Below are positions 51,620 to 64,000 of a stretch of 64,000 nt of DNA, in pieces. Within the stretch, counting starts at the first letter, position 1; each line of letters opens with the position of its first letter. Below the pieces are notes generated by a model. The model saw only the letters and a list, made by a program, of their open reading frames with translations. It was not told where the DNA came from and searched no databases. Made by a program: the position numbers and the translations under genes. Source of the DNA: Paraspadella gotoi (lineage: Eukaryota; Animalia; Chaetognatha); the NCBI GenBank assembly GCA_051294375.1, contig CM119268.1, positions 3,750,579 to 3,814,578 on the forward strand, in the 5' to 3' direction.

Positions 51620-52320
51620 AAGTTGAAATCGGTGATTTGTGAAAGAAAGGTTAAAATCGGTGATTGGTCAAAGGAAGATTGAAATCGGCGATTGNNNNNN
51701 NNNNNNNNNNNNNNNNNNNNNNNNNNNNNNNNNNNNNNNNNNNNNNNNNNNNNNNNNNNNNNNNNNNNNNNNNNNNNNNNNNNNNNNNNNNNNNNNNNNN
51801 NNNNNNNNNNNNNNNNNNNNNNNNNNNNNNNNNNNNNNNNNNNNNNNNNNNNNNNNNNNNNNNNNNNNNNNNNNNNNNNNNNNNNNNNNNNNNNNNNNNN
51901 NNNNNNNNNNNNNNNNNNNNNNNNTTGGTGATTGGTGAAATGAAGATTGAAATCGGTGATTGGTCAAGAGAAGATTGAAATCAGTGATTGGTGAAAGGAA
52001 GATTGAAATCGGTGATTGGCGAAAGGAAGATTGAAATTGGTGATTGTGAAAGGAAGATTGAAATTGGTGATTGGTCAAGAGAAGATTGAAATCGGTGATT
52101 GGTGAAAGGAAGATTGAAATCGGTGATTGTGAAAGGAAGATTGAAATTGGTGATTGGTGAAATGAAGATTGAAATCGGTGATTGGTGAAAGGAAGATTGA
52201 AATCAGTTATTGGTGAAAGGAAGATTGACATCAGTGATTGGTGAATGGAAGGTTGAAATCGGTGCTTGATGAAAGGAAGATTGAAATCGGTGATTGGTGA
52301 AAGGAAAATTGAAATCAGTG
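51620..52320. repeat. ~28-bp minisatellite GAAAGGAAGATTGAAATCGGTGATTGGT
   Basis: More than 14 visible units flanking an N gap; degraded version at ~46305-46600. Confidence 0.9.
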
Positions 52321-53814
52321 AGGAAATCGTAAGTGCATAATTACTTACGAGACCATGATCCGAGGATTGTCAAAAAATAATTCCCCCATACACCTTGTTT
52401 AGAAAAACTACTGTAAAACTATATAAATTGTCATTATTAAACTCGCATTTTATTAACGATTTTTTTTGCGTGAAATTCTCGTCGAAGTTGCGTCGGACAA
52501 ACATTTGCAGTGGATCGAGTTGAAGGCAGAAATCGAGTGACGTTTGTCTTTTGTTGATCGAAGGTCCAATTCTTTGTGGACTTTGGATCACATGACCAAC
52601 GCTGGGCGCGAATTCCATGAAACGGATCTCGGAGAGGAGAGTGAGGGAACAATAAGAGAGAGAGAGAGAGANNNNNNNNNNNNNNNNNNNNNNNNNNNNN
52701 NNNNNNNNNNNNNNNNNNNNNNNNNNNNNNNNNNNNNNNNNNNNNNNNNNNNNNNNNNNNNNNNNNNNNNNNNNNNNNNNNNNNNNNNNNNNNNNNNNNN
52801 NNNNNNNNNNNNNNNNNNNNNNNNNNNNNNNNNNNNNNNNNNNNNNNNNNNNNNNNNNNNNNNNNNNNNNNNNNNNNNNNNNNNNNNNNNNNNNNNNNNN
52901 NNNNNNNNTCGAGATGACAATTTTCTCACTTTACTTGACGAAATCATTTTTTTGTGTCTTGGGACTTCGTTACGGATTTGTATTCCATTAGCGACCTTTT
53001 TTTCTTTAGAATATATTTTGTGTAAATTAATTATAATAATTATAATTAAACTTACATTAATACCGTACCAACAAATCTCTTGTAAATCCACACTCCATCG
53101 TCAGACCCAACTATTTATCCACATAACCCCTTTTCACCACAAAACCTTGTTACAACCCTCCCCCCACAAAACTCTCCCACAACCCCTCATCCCACGAATC
53201 TTTCCACACGCCCCCCACTCCCCCCCTTTCTTCGCCTGTTTCCTTTTCGACTCTGAATTCGTCGTCGTCGTCGCAATCGTTTAGATTAAGAGGCAATTAT
53301 CGGCCTTTTGTGAAGAAGCTCCGAACATGCGGAAAATAGGGGGGGGAGAAGAGAAGAGGGAGGAAAGAGGGAGGAAAGAGGGAGGAAAGGGAGGATAAAA
53401 TGAAAAGGGGAAGAAGCGGAGGAAAGAGAGAGAAAAGGGAGGAGAGTAGGTAAGAAGGAAAATGGGGTGAAGGGGAGGAAAGGGAGGAAAGAAGGAAAAT
53501 GGGGAGAAGGGGAGGAAAGAGGGAGGAGAGGGAGGAAAGAAGGAAAACGAAAGGAAGGATCGGGAAACTCAAACGTGCGGAAGGCGAGAGGAAGTGGGAG
53601 GTTGGGGATGGAAGGGAAGAAGGAAAAATGAAAGAAAGAAAGGAGAGAAAAGGAAATAAGAAGAAAGGAGAGCTCTTTTTAAACAGGTGTTTGCATTAAG
53701 TGTAAACTGGCAAAGAGTTTAAGCGATTTTAATTAAATTAGAAACTGGGAAATGTGAAGGATGAATTGAAAACTAAAATAATTTTGATATCAGAGCTCTC
53801 TCCCCGTTCACTTT

Positions 53815-53846
<32 letters not shown>

Positions 53847-54016
53847 CGATGATGAAGAGATGAGAGAGAGAGATGAGCAGAGGAGAAGATTTCGCCGTTT
53901 TAAAGAAAAATGAGATTAAAAAAGAAAAACTTTTTTTTATAAAAACGAATAAAAGGGGGACGAATTAAGAAAAGCCTTCGACTCTCGCGGATAAAACGAA
54001 ATTAAAAAGAATAAAA

Positions 54017-54250
54017 AACAAGGAACGGTTATTCCAAGGTGTTGCGCCGCATTACTTTTCTTTTTACTTATCATTAAAAACAAAAGGCGGCGCCAGTAGT
54101 TGCTTAGATTTGATTTTTAACAAATGAGCAACAATCTATAGGCAAGTTATAAGCGTTTTTAACGTAAGTGGGACAGACCAACGGACAGACATACCGACGG
54201 ACCGACCGACCGAAAAGTGACTTATAGATTACTCGCGGCGCAACAAAAAA
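54017..54250 (-). mobile_element. Short HINE-like element
   Basis: AACAAG + hairpin GGAA..TTCC + GTTGCGCCGC vs GCGGCGCAAC + A run; (GACC/GACG)n; AAAGTGACTTATAGA motif nearly shared with 30563-31327. Confidence 0.7.
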
Positions 54251-54335
54251 CTCTAGAGGAAAAGCGAAAGAGGTTTTGATGATGTGATTAAGAGGCGAGA
54301 GATTAACCAAATTCCGCACTCGTTAAATTTCGCCT

Positions 54336-54387
<52 letters not shown>

Positions 54388-56411
54388 TCTCTGTCTCTCT
54401 TCTCTCTCTCTCTCTTCTCTCTCTCCTTTTTTCTTTTCTCATTTCAAACAATCTATTTGGGATCTATTGGCCTCTTTCACCACCAACTCAACTTTTCCCC
54501 GATCCTTTTTTATCAACTTTTCTTTTCAAGTTTTTTTCTTTTCTTTTCTCTCTTTATTTGTTTCTTCATTCCAGCCCGCTTGTTTCTTTTTATTCCTTTC
54601 CCTTTCCCTTTCCCTTCTTCTCTCCTTCTCTTCTCTTTTTCTACCCTCCTCTCTGGATTCTTCATTTCTTTCCTCCTCTTTCTTTTTTCTCCCGACTTCT
54701 CTAATTTCCTCTATTGCCCTCAATTTCCATTTTCTCTCCTTTCCTCCTCTCCCTTCCTCCCTTCCCTCCCTCTCTCCCTCTCCATCACCCTCTCTCTCTC
54801 CACTCGCACGTAAATGAAAAGCGAGAGATGATGTCTGGCATAAAGAAGAATAAGTGGAGGAAGGAACAAAGGGAACGAAAGTGGCGGCTGCGCCTCTGGC
54901 GGCGGCGTCTGCGGCGGCGGCGGCGGCGGCGACGACGGCGGCGGGTGCCAACAGCAGATGGTTGAGGTGGTGGCAGCGGCGCCTTCGGTGGCGCGGGCAA
55001 TGTAAGCGCTTTAAGTCGTTGTTGTCGTTGTTGTTACTGTTGTATTTTTATTTTTTTAGGTCGTTTTCACAAACCGTCTCACAAGTTCCACTAAAATGTA
55101 GTTTTAAACCTAAATCTCTACTATAGTTGTAACTCTTAAGGTAATAGGACTGACTATAAGAAAGAGCGCAGAGGAGGGCAGCGGTAGCGGCTGGGGTGGC
55201 TGGGGGGCAGCATCTGCGCCGGCGGCGGCCGCGACACCAGCGGCGCCCTCTTCAACGGCAGCTCCTGTTGCCGGCGTCGTCGTCGTCGTCGTCGTTCGTC
55301 GCTGGTAAATCACCCCCCCCCCTCCGCTTTCGCTCGGAATTGGGCGGCGGCGGGCGTCGGCAGCGGCGCCAGCGGAAACCCCCTTCGGAATAGCGCCGGT
55401 TTAGCGGTCGGCAGCAGCAGCGGCGGCGGCGTCGAGGACCCAGAGGCCAGCGTCGGCTTCTTTCCGTCGGGTCGAACTTCGTCGGAGTGAAATAAGTGAC
55501 GTCAGAGGTGAAGGTGAGTGGCATTTTTTATCGGCTAATGGCATCGCCGTCGACGTTGGTGAGCGGCGGGGTCGGTGGCATTTCTTTGGCGGTTAATGGC
55601 GTCATCGAAGTCGTCTCTGCCTATTACTAGTATTAGTATTAGTATTAGTATTAGTACTAGTATGAGGGGTAAAGTAATGAAAATGGGCGAAAGATGGCGA
55701 ATGTTGAATAATTAGTAATAACGAGTGGTATAAATGTATATACATAGATTGTATAGATTGTAAAGACAACGTTAACCTGATAAATTTTAAATAATTCAAT
55801 AGTTCAAAATTTATTATATACTATTATATAGTTATTATGTAATTATACTTTTGATGTAATGTAATGTATACTGTATATTTATTTATTTATTCATTCATAG
55901 TTTTTAATTATAAAAATAAAGTAAATCACTCTTACACTCGCGGAAAAAGCTTGAGAATGTAAAATTAGAAAATCCCGCAAGTTTTACCGGAAATCTCAGA
56001 CACATTCAGAATGTTCAACCAGCGAAGGAACAACATGATTGCCTCAGGTTGTTTGCAAAATAAATCTCGAACGAAATCCATCAAACTGAATCTCATATGT
56101 TCACCTCTTTGTTTTATTTAAATTCTCAAGTCTTTGTCTCTCATCAAACTCGTCCCCACCGACTTCCAGAGACAAAAACTTGAAAAACTCTGATCAAGAT
56201 TTCATTTAATTAACTAATTAATTTATTTCAAATTGAATGAACGAACTAAGGAAAAGAATAGCTCATCATAACTACAATATGCAAATTAGATTAAGAAATC
56301 TAGAAAACTGCTTTTCTAGTCGACAATGAAAAGAAAAAATAACGATTCTCTCTTTTTGCTTGTCTTTTTTTTTTCCAATCAGCTTTTTTTTGCCCGCGAT
56401 TCTGTACCCGT

Positions 56412-56500
56412 CCTTGTTTTGCCAGCCTCTGTTTCGCCCGCCCCTGTTTCGCCAGCCTCTGTTTCGCCCGCCCCTGTTTCGCCGGGCCTTGTTTTGCCCT
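56412..56500. repeat. 15-bp minisatellite (CC(C/T)CTGTTTCGCC(A/C)G)
   Basis: About 5-6 units next to a gap. Confidence 0.75.
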
Positions 56501-59500
56501 CCAGGGCGGCAGCGACGGCGGTNNNNNNNNNNNNNNNNNNNNNNNNNNNNNNNNNNNNNNNNNNNNNNNNNNNNNNNNNNNNNNNNNNNNNNNNNNNNNN
56601 NNNNNNNNNNNNNNNNNNNNNNNNNNNNNNNNNNNNNNNNNNNNNNNNNNNNNNNNNNNNNNNNNNNNNNNNNNNNNNNNNNNNNNNNNNNNNNNNNNNN
56701 NNNNNNNNNNNNNNNNNNNNNNNNNNNNNNNNNNNNNNNNNNNNNNNNNNNNNNNNNNNNNNNNNNNNNNNNNNNNNNNNNNNNNNNNNNNNNNNNNNNN
56801 NNNNNNNNNNNNNNNNNNNNNNNNNNNNNNNNNNNNNNNNNNNNNNNNNNNNNNNNNNNNNNNNNNNNNNNNNNNNNNNNNAAAAAAAATAAGACATATA
56901 ATTGAAGATAAAACAAATGGGAAAAAGAGAAGTTTAAGGGGAAAGTTGAATAAAATATCAGGGAAGGATAAAAACGCACGCACGACGACACGACGACGAC
57001 CAACGAGCGCACGACTTGAACGAGCGGCGTATGCGATTTCATCAATCGGCGCCGGAACGGACCTAACAAAGACGCCGCCCTGCGACTTAAGGTGAGCGGC
57101 GGTGGGAGGGAGGGGGATTTTAGAGCGACGCGCGAGGGACGAGATGCGGACCTCTCAAATTTTCTCTCGTGGCGCACTTAATACCGAAATAAGCGTTCAA
57201 TACTCTTCGTCCATCAGAGCCTCTCTGCAATTTAACCCCTCCCATTGGGACCTCGAACTGCGACCACCTACGTCATCCGACCCGCTTGCGCACTCCTGTT
57301 CTCTCACCAGAGTACGCCTCAGTCCCTAGACCTCCGGCAAAGGCCTCCGTTCTGTTGCTTGGTATCAACAATTTGTGCATAAGTTGGCCATCGCCCTCTC
57401 TCTACTTTGTCGTTCTGCTCCCTCATTTCCTCGCTATTCGCTCAGAAGCATAGGGCCGACTGCCGATAAGGATTTCGTGTGTGTCATTCATGAGCTTCTG
57501 TTGACAATTTTAGTTTGTCTTCTTTGGCTATCATGAACTTAAGTAAATTTTCACATTTGGTGGGGATGTTTTCTTCTCTCGAATTGTTATATTCTTCTCT
57601 TATCGATCCTGCTCTATTTTATGTCAAAGCAGACCTTTTTCGCATGCATATAAACGTCTGACTTACGTTGCTTTTACCGCCACACACCAAGTAGGTCTAA
57701 CCTGTGCCTCATTTATGTGTGTTTGATATTGGTGCGTGTCCAGTTAATTCGGTATATGTTTGGCGGCGCGTTATTTATTTATGTGGTGGCGTCGAAGTTG
57801 GCGGAATGCAGATTCGGCGGCGGGCGTCGAGTGCGTCGCACGTTGTACTGAGCTTCTCGGTGGAAAGGCGTCGGGGTGGTTGGATAGAGCAATCTGCCTT
57901 TGAGTGGTCCTCAGGTCTCGGTGTCGTCGGCTCGCCGTACGAAAGATGCGATAGTGCGCTCTGCCACCCATCTCTGAGTAGCCTCGCTCTATTGAGTCGA
58001 CGATACTTGGTTAGTTGTGTGAATTTTTGCCTTACGCGGGTTCGCTTCTGATTGCATGCTCTGTCGCCGCTTCGATTCTCTAGTTAGTACTTTATCGTAT
58101 ACTCACCTAAAATTCTAAGAATGAGTTCACGTATTCATTTGTGATCCCTTCTCGTCAATTTCAATATTGAAATACTACCTGATCAATTAATGTCGACTCG
58201 CGATCAATTACCTCGTCATTATATACGCAATACTCCCCTACGTCAGGAACGAAAGACTACATATATAATATATGAGTTCAGGTAAGAAGATCTCTTAGTA
58301 CAAGAATAAGAACAGGCCGAAGTACTGTGGCTGTCCGCGTGTGGTGGCGCACGCGCGCTAAACCACACCTCGTCAGGGCCCGGCGCGTCCTTCAACCTCT
58401 GGCGTCGTTCCGCGAACCGAGACCGCACGTGGGCCGAAACAGAGGCGCGGGGTGCCGAAACACGAGTTGTGTTCGCCTCGCGCCGGCAACACAGGGTCGT
58501 GGTACAGAATCGCGGCGCCCACAGAAAAAGGCGGCATTGTGTCAGTGCCTGTGATATTTGCTATAAGCTCCGTACGTGCTCGACTCACAATATTATATAT
58601 ATATTAAAGCGCTTCGAAAGATGCTGACGTTTGCTGAGATCTTTTTTCTTTTCGAGTGTGGTTCCGAGACGCGTACTATGAGGCCACTTCCTTGAGGAGT
58701 AGTCTGTGGTGGGGGGAATGTTGAAGAGCCTTGCGAGAGAAAAAGAGAGTGAGTTTTGCAGTTCGAGAAGTGATTCTTAATCTTCAGAAGTGGAATATTA
58801 TGTTTTTCTTTTAGTTCGGTGATCGAAGACTTCAATTTTAAAATTGATTATATTGAGTCTTAAAAGTCTCGAATGGACAAGTCGCCGTTTATATGCGAGA
58901 TGTTATTATAGCTTCATGCATGCGAAGAGTCGATAGATGATGTGAGGTTAGACGAGGCATCGTAGACGCGCCGCCTCCGCGGCGATAAACGTATAGAATT
59001 TAAATAAAACAAGATGTGTGCAACATATTTGGAATTCCAGTTGATGGATCGTTCGAGATTATGCCAAAACCTGAGGCCAATCTATGCTTGTCCTCGTTGG
59101 TCGTGGTGCCGTCGTTTCCGTGGCGCCCAAAGGAACTTTTTTCCGTTGTGCGCGATTCGACTTGACTTATGCTTTTTGGCGCTGGCTGTATTCCGGGGGG
59201 TTTGGCTCACTCTCTGCTCGCTCTCTCGAGGCCAGGTTTTGGCCGGTTCTTGGGGTTTGACGACACTCCCCTACGTTGCCAGCGTGGTGGGAACTTTGGG
59301 TAAGGTAAAGCGTTGCGGTAGCAGAGCGCGTGTTAGCAAGATGTGGGATATAATTTGTATTTAACCTTCGCCGTCTCACGACGCATGTTTGTCCGGTAGT
59401 GGGTGTAAGAGTGATTGTTCGTTTGGCCTTTTAGTGATAGAGCAGAGTGAAAAGATAGAAGAGAGAAGTATAGATATAGATATAGAAAGAGAAAACGTAT

Positions 59501-62500
59501 GTATAGAGAAGAAAGAGAATTAAATGTAGAATGATAAGTGTAGATATAAAAGCGGATAGAATGGAGATCAGAATACATTAGATTTAAAGTACACAATGTT
59601 ATAAAGATAGAAATAATATGATTTAAAATATATAAAAAAATACAGTGCTACCGCTATATGTGATAATTCCTCAATGTATTTTCATCTTCTCTCGTGNNNN
59701 NNNNNNNNNNNNNNNNNNNNNTCGTCGTCGTTGTCGTTGTCGTTGTCGTTCTCGTCGTCGTGGTCAAAGCTGTCGTCAAAGTCGTCAAGGTCGTTTTGTT
59801 GTGTTGATAAAAAAGAAAGAGGTTTTGCTGGACATGTAATTTTTTTAGTTTTTAAAACGTTTTTTTTTTATTTTAATTTGAAAAGTCTTTAGACATGAAC
59901 AAAGGATTCTTGCTGTCCTTTTTGTGGTCAATTTTGACGTCGTTGTTGTTGTTGTTGTTGTCCCTGATGTTTTTTGCCGTTGGTCTCTTGTTGTCGTGCG
60001 TTTAAGGCGGTCATCGCCGACGGCGAAACAAAGAATTGATGAGAATCTGCGTTAGTGGGAAGATTTTATGGAGAATGAAAAGGGAACGAAGGTTTGAAAG
60101 TGGAAGGATAGGAAATGAAAAGAAAGAAAGTGGAAAGAGAGGAAATGAAAAGAAAGAAAGTGGAAAGAGAAGAAAGAAAGTGGAAAAAGAGGAAATTAAA
60201 AACAAGAAAAAAGTGGGAAAAAAAAGAAACAAAAAGAAAGCGAGTGGAAGGAAATGAGCATAAAGGAAAAGAGAAGATAAAGAATTTAATAGGAAGATAT
60301 GAATGATGGCTCAATGGAAAACGTTTTAATATAAGTAAAGAGAAATTCATGAAAATAAAGGAAAAAACAAAAAGGAAGGAAAGTAGGAATAAAGAAAAAA
60401 AAGAATGTTGTTAGAAATTTAGAATGAGGAAGAAAGTTGAGGGGAGGGAATCCGGAAAAAAATTAAAAGGCATTGTGTAATTCGTTTCGTTTAAAATAAA
60501 CANNNNNNNNNNNNNNNNNNNNNNNNNTATCGGCTCCGGTTCTTTAACTCCTCGTCAAGCTCCGTGGTATCTATAGTAGCCTGTAAGGTCGCGTCTTGCA
60601 TCTCAACGAGCAGAGTTTTAGAGTCAATGGCGCAGGGTCGTTCCGGGCGCCTCGATCAATTGCTAATAATAGTCTGTGTGCCGCTCGTCGTCCTTCATGC
60701 GTTCTGTCTTCGCGTTTGTTGCAACTCTCAGGTGGTCGTTAGATTACGTTATTTGATCCTCGAGTATATTAACTTACTCTGCGTCGTTGCGAACATAACC
60801 AGTTTGACAGCGTGGTCAACAGGAGCGTGTGCCGGTCTCTCTCAAAGGTCGCTACTCTCTTCAACAGGTCATTTCCCGATGATGCTGAGATATATAAGAA
60901 AAGGTAAAGAGATGATATATAGACATCAGACTATTGTGTAATATATTCTCAATATCTAAAAGATAAAGTATTAAAAATGCTGTGTGTATTATATTTTCGT
61001 GTATGCTCATTAATGGCGATTCTTGGTGGCATGGAAATAGTAGAAGCATCTCAAGCAGATTTCCTCGTCGACGATCGCAGAGTACCACGTCACAGTGCCT
61101 GTCGTGCTGTCGCTTAAGCTTTGGCCTTCGCCGGTGACGCGCGGGGCAATATACGCCGTTCGAGAGTGCGCCAGCATCTCGACCCTCTGACGATCTCTGT
61201 TTGTGAGCACCGTGTATCTCTGTCCTGGAGTGCTGATTCCGAACTCCCTGACTGATAATTACCCATAAGCCCTGGTCTCTACGTATAAATTATAAGAGTG
61301 ACGATATCTCGCGAATGAACTGTGATATAGTATAGCGGCACGTGCTCATCCACGCGGCCGTCCGGTCGCGATATCGTGAAGCTTTAAAAGAAGGAAATGG
61401 CTGGAGTCAAGCATGGTGAAGAATCTGCGTTTAGTAAGGCGTGGAGAGTGATGGGATTTTATGTGAGGACTCGAGAAAGGGAATAATAAATCGAAATGGG
61501 CGTGGTAAAGATGGTGAGAACAAACGGTGAGTGTAGGTACTCGAGGTGGAATAATACATGTATAGAAAGTTAGCAAGAAGATAATGAGCGAGAAGTGTAG
61601 ATTAGAGCAGAGAAGAAGACCTGAATCAAATGATATAGACAAGATTATAAGTAATAGAGCGTGTGGATTACACTAAGATACTCAAGAGATAACGTATAAC
61701 GGTGAACAATAAACCAAGATAATCTTAATGCTCTAATCAAATTATACAAACTACATAGTCATAATAAACAAGTCATTTGTGCGTGTGATCAAATAAAATG
61801 AAATTACTGAAGAAGATTTACCTAAATGCGCCGAATTCGTCATACTGAAATGGATGGACAGAGGTATGAGCAAACAATATTACTGGCGCGAATTAAGATA
61901 GTAGACACATTTACATAAGTTTTTTAAATTAGGATAAGCGGATTAATGTGAGGGTTCTCTAGAGTGTAGAGTTGTGAACACAGATTATTTAAAATTCAAG
62001 ATCTGAAAATTTAGTAAAGAGAAAAGTGTCTCCTGCAATAAAGACACTATTCTTTTGTGATTGTTTTTGTATTTCAGTGCAACAGAAAACAATAATATAC
62101 AAAACAATTTTGTACAACAATTTAAAATTTTCATATCTCAAAATATAGGAATGCACATTCACATAAAGAGAACAAAATATGGGCAGTAAATTGGGTAACA
62201 TAAAAGAGGTAAGTTATAAGGTTATAACAGGATTCTGTCTCCACACAATTTATATAAAGTTCTGTATATGTTTTAAGCTGCTCGATGAAAAAAGTTGTAG
62301 AGAGATAGAGGGAGAGAGAAGATATGAACTTGGTGTCGAGGATAAATAATATCCGAGCTAGTAAGTGAACTCATAGAAGCAACAGAAGAGAGATTTTATG
62401 TATTTCTCGGTCTATGTTGCTCTAAAATTCTCGTTTCGTTTAAAGCAGATTTTTATTTTATACAATAATATCTCGTTTCAAAGGATTATGTTGCGTATTA

Positions 62501-63448
62501 GTTTAAAAATCAATTTAAGAACCTAACTCTGTAGTGTTTCTGTATCTCGTGAAATAAATGGAAAATAATCAAATGTCGCTAAAACCGGTTCTCTCAATTC
62601 ACAACATAAATGGCTGGCTCTCAAGCGATAGAAAAATGATACGACGGCGGATGCGCGAATGACAATCACGCTCGCGTGTCGTCAAAGGATAACTGATAGT
62701 TGAGCGGCAATTAAAAACTCGACCAGCGGAGCTCGGCTGACATGCGCTGTTTTCCGATCCTGGCAGGTGCCTCTCAACCTCTATCACGGGTAGAGCATTG
62801 GCTCGCGCTAGAAGAGTCGCTGCATCCAGAGACACGAGAAGAAGACATGTCTCAGAAGTCAGAGCGTCGTTATGAGTGCAATAATCTCTAGAGTGCGAGA
62901 GAAAACACAATGGGTAGAATATCAGGTCACTTTAGCCTATAAGGTGAATGGTAGAGAGATGAGGAAACGGTCTGTTTCGCAGATCAAAGAACGCCGAAAA
63001 TTCCATGAAGATGATAATCTCGAGAATGAGAAGATGGAGAGAGAAGAGAGGGAAGGACGGAGGAGAGAGAGATGGGAGAAGAGGAGAGAGAGGAGAGAAG
63101 AAGAATAGGAGAGAGAGAGATGAGATGAGGAAGAGAGGGAGAGAGGAGAGAGAGAGCTATCTCGGATTACGGCCTCGTCCCGTATAACAAGGATTCCCGC
63201 GGTGATTATTTTCGCGTCGAGACGCTTTTATGCTCCGAAGGGCGAAAAGGGTGAGGCAGAGGTGGTGAAGGGTTGTGGGGGGGTGTTGTGGACTTTGGAG
63301 GGTGTTGTGGTGAAAGTTGTGGAGATTGGAAAAGGGGGTGGAGGATCCGTAAAATGGTGAGGGAAGGAATTAAAAGTAACAAAAGAAAACTTTATTGATT
63401 CCGTCGAGAGTCGAGAGTTTTCGTCAAGTTCCTGCAACGGCAGCTGAG

Positions 63449-63479
<31 letters not shown>

Positions 63480-64000
63480 CGGCGGTGCCGGTAGCGTCGG
63501 CAGTGGCGACGGCGGTGGCGGTTTTGGCGTCGGCGGCGAAGGCGGCGATCTATTTGACTTTTTCGATGACGACATAGAATTTGGAAACGATCAACATCAA
63601 AGTCAAAACATCAAATGCGGAGCGACATCTCGAAATCCGTTTCCGTAAAGATATACAAAAATATTTACATAAATACATAAATAAATACATAAATACAAAA
63701 ATATTTACATAAATAGCCAAAAAGAACGTTGGGGATGAAAATAAACAAGCGCCAGATAAATGGTAAAAAAAAACAAGAGGGAATTGCGTCAGGAATGGAA
63801 AAGAAAACAGAAACAAACTTTGACAATTTTGGGAACATCGGGGAAAAAACGAGAGCAGAAAAACAATACGATGACGACGAAGGTGAATATCAACACCGAA
63901 AGAAACTTGATAAGCGCTGGCCGTGACTTCTTATTATCTTATCGAAAAATAATTGAAATACAATTTTATAAACTGGTTAAAACAGACGATCAAAGTTCAC

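Larger units (their letters stand above)
40654..52320 (+). repeat. ~6-kb tandem duplication (unit 1 ~40654-46630; unit 2 ~46631-52320)
   Basis: Collinear similarity throughout, e.g. AGTTATCTCAC at both starts, 43310-43700 vs 48585-48950, 44350-45130 vs 49590-50345; differences are mostly indels. Confidence 0.9.

Noticed and set aside
51620-52320. CRISPR-like array (28-bp repeats)
   Set aside because: Units are directly adjacent with no unique spacers, there are no cas genes, and the context is eukaryotic: a minisatellite.
50998-57177. Long ORFs containing X runs
   Set aside because: Artefacts of translating through N gaps.
57050-63000. GC-balanced sequence with many short ORFs (possible foreign or viral DNA)
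   Set aside because: No long ORF or motif; lies next to gaps and resembles unpolished noisy read sequence; cannot support a call.

Overview
Eukaryotic, probably invertebrate (inference) genomic DNA from a noisy, gappy draft assembly: AT-rich, dense in (AG)n/(GTC)n/(ATT)n microsatellites, many N gaps, and indel-type errors between duplicated segments. No prokaryotic features and no CRISPR array. Main contents: (1) a near-intact Ty3/Gypsy (Mag-like) LTR retrotransposon (~34213-40058) with gag, a -1 frameshift signal and pol; the missing start of its 5' LTR and a matching TSD lie 21 kb away at 12759-12802. (2) A small non-autonomous LTR element (TRIM; 22389-23064, a deleted copy at 15295-15758, a likely diverged solo LTR at ~14598-14844) whose LTRs carry a tRNA-Gly(CCC)-like Pol III cassette and a structured RNA segment, with a PBS and TSD length like the Gypsy element's. 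This is the most interesting item. (3) A 4-exon NEK-like Ser/Thr kinase present twice in a scrambled, partly inverted arrangement. (4) The 3' exons of an SLC6 transporter and an isolated Kazal-domain exon. (5) Helentron-associated (HINE/DINE-1-like) elements, AGT..ACT foldback MITEs with an apparent excision footprint, a ~6 kb tandem duplication and minisatellites. The large duplications may be uncollapsed haplotypes. All alignments and translations were done by eye.
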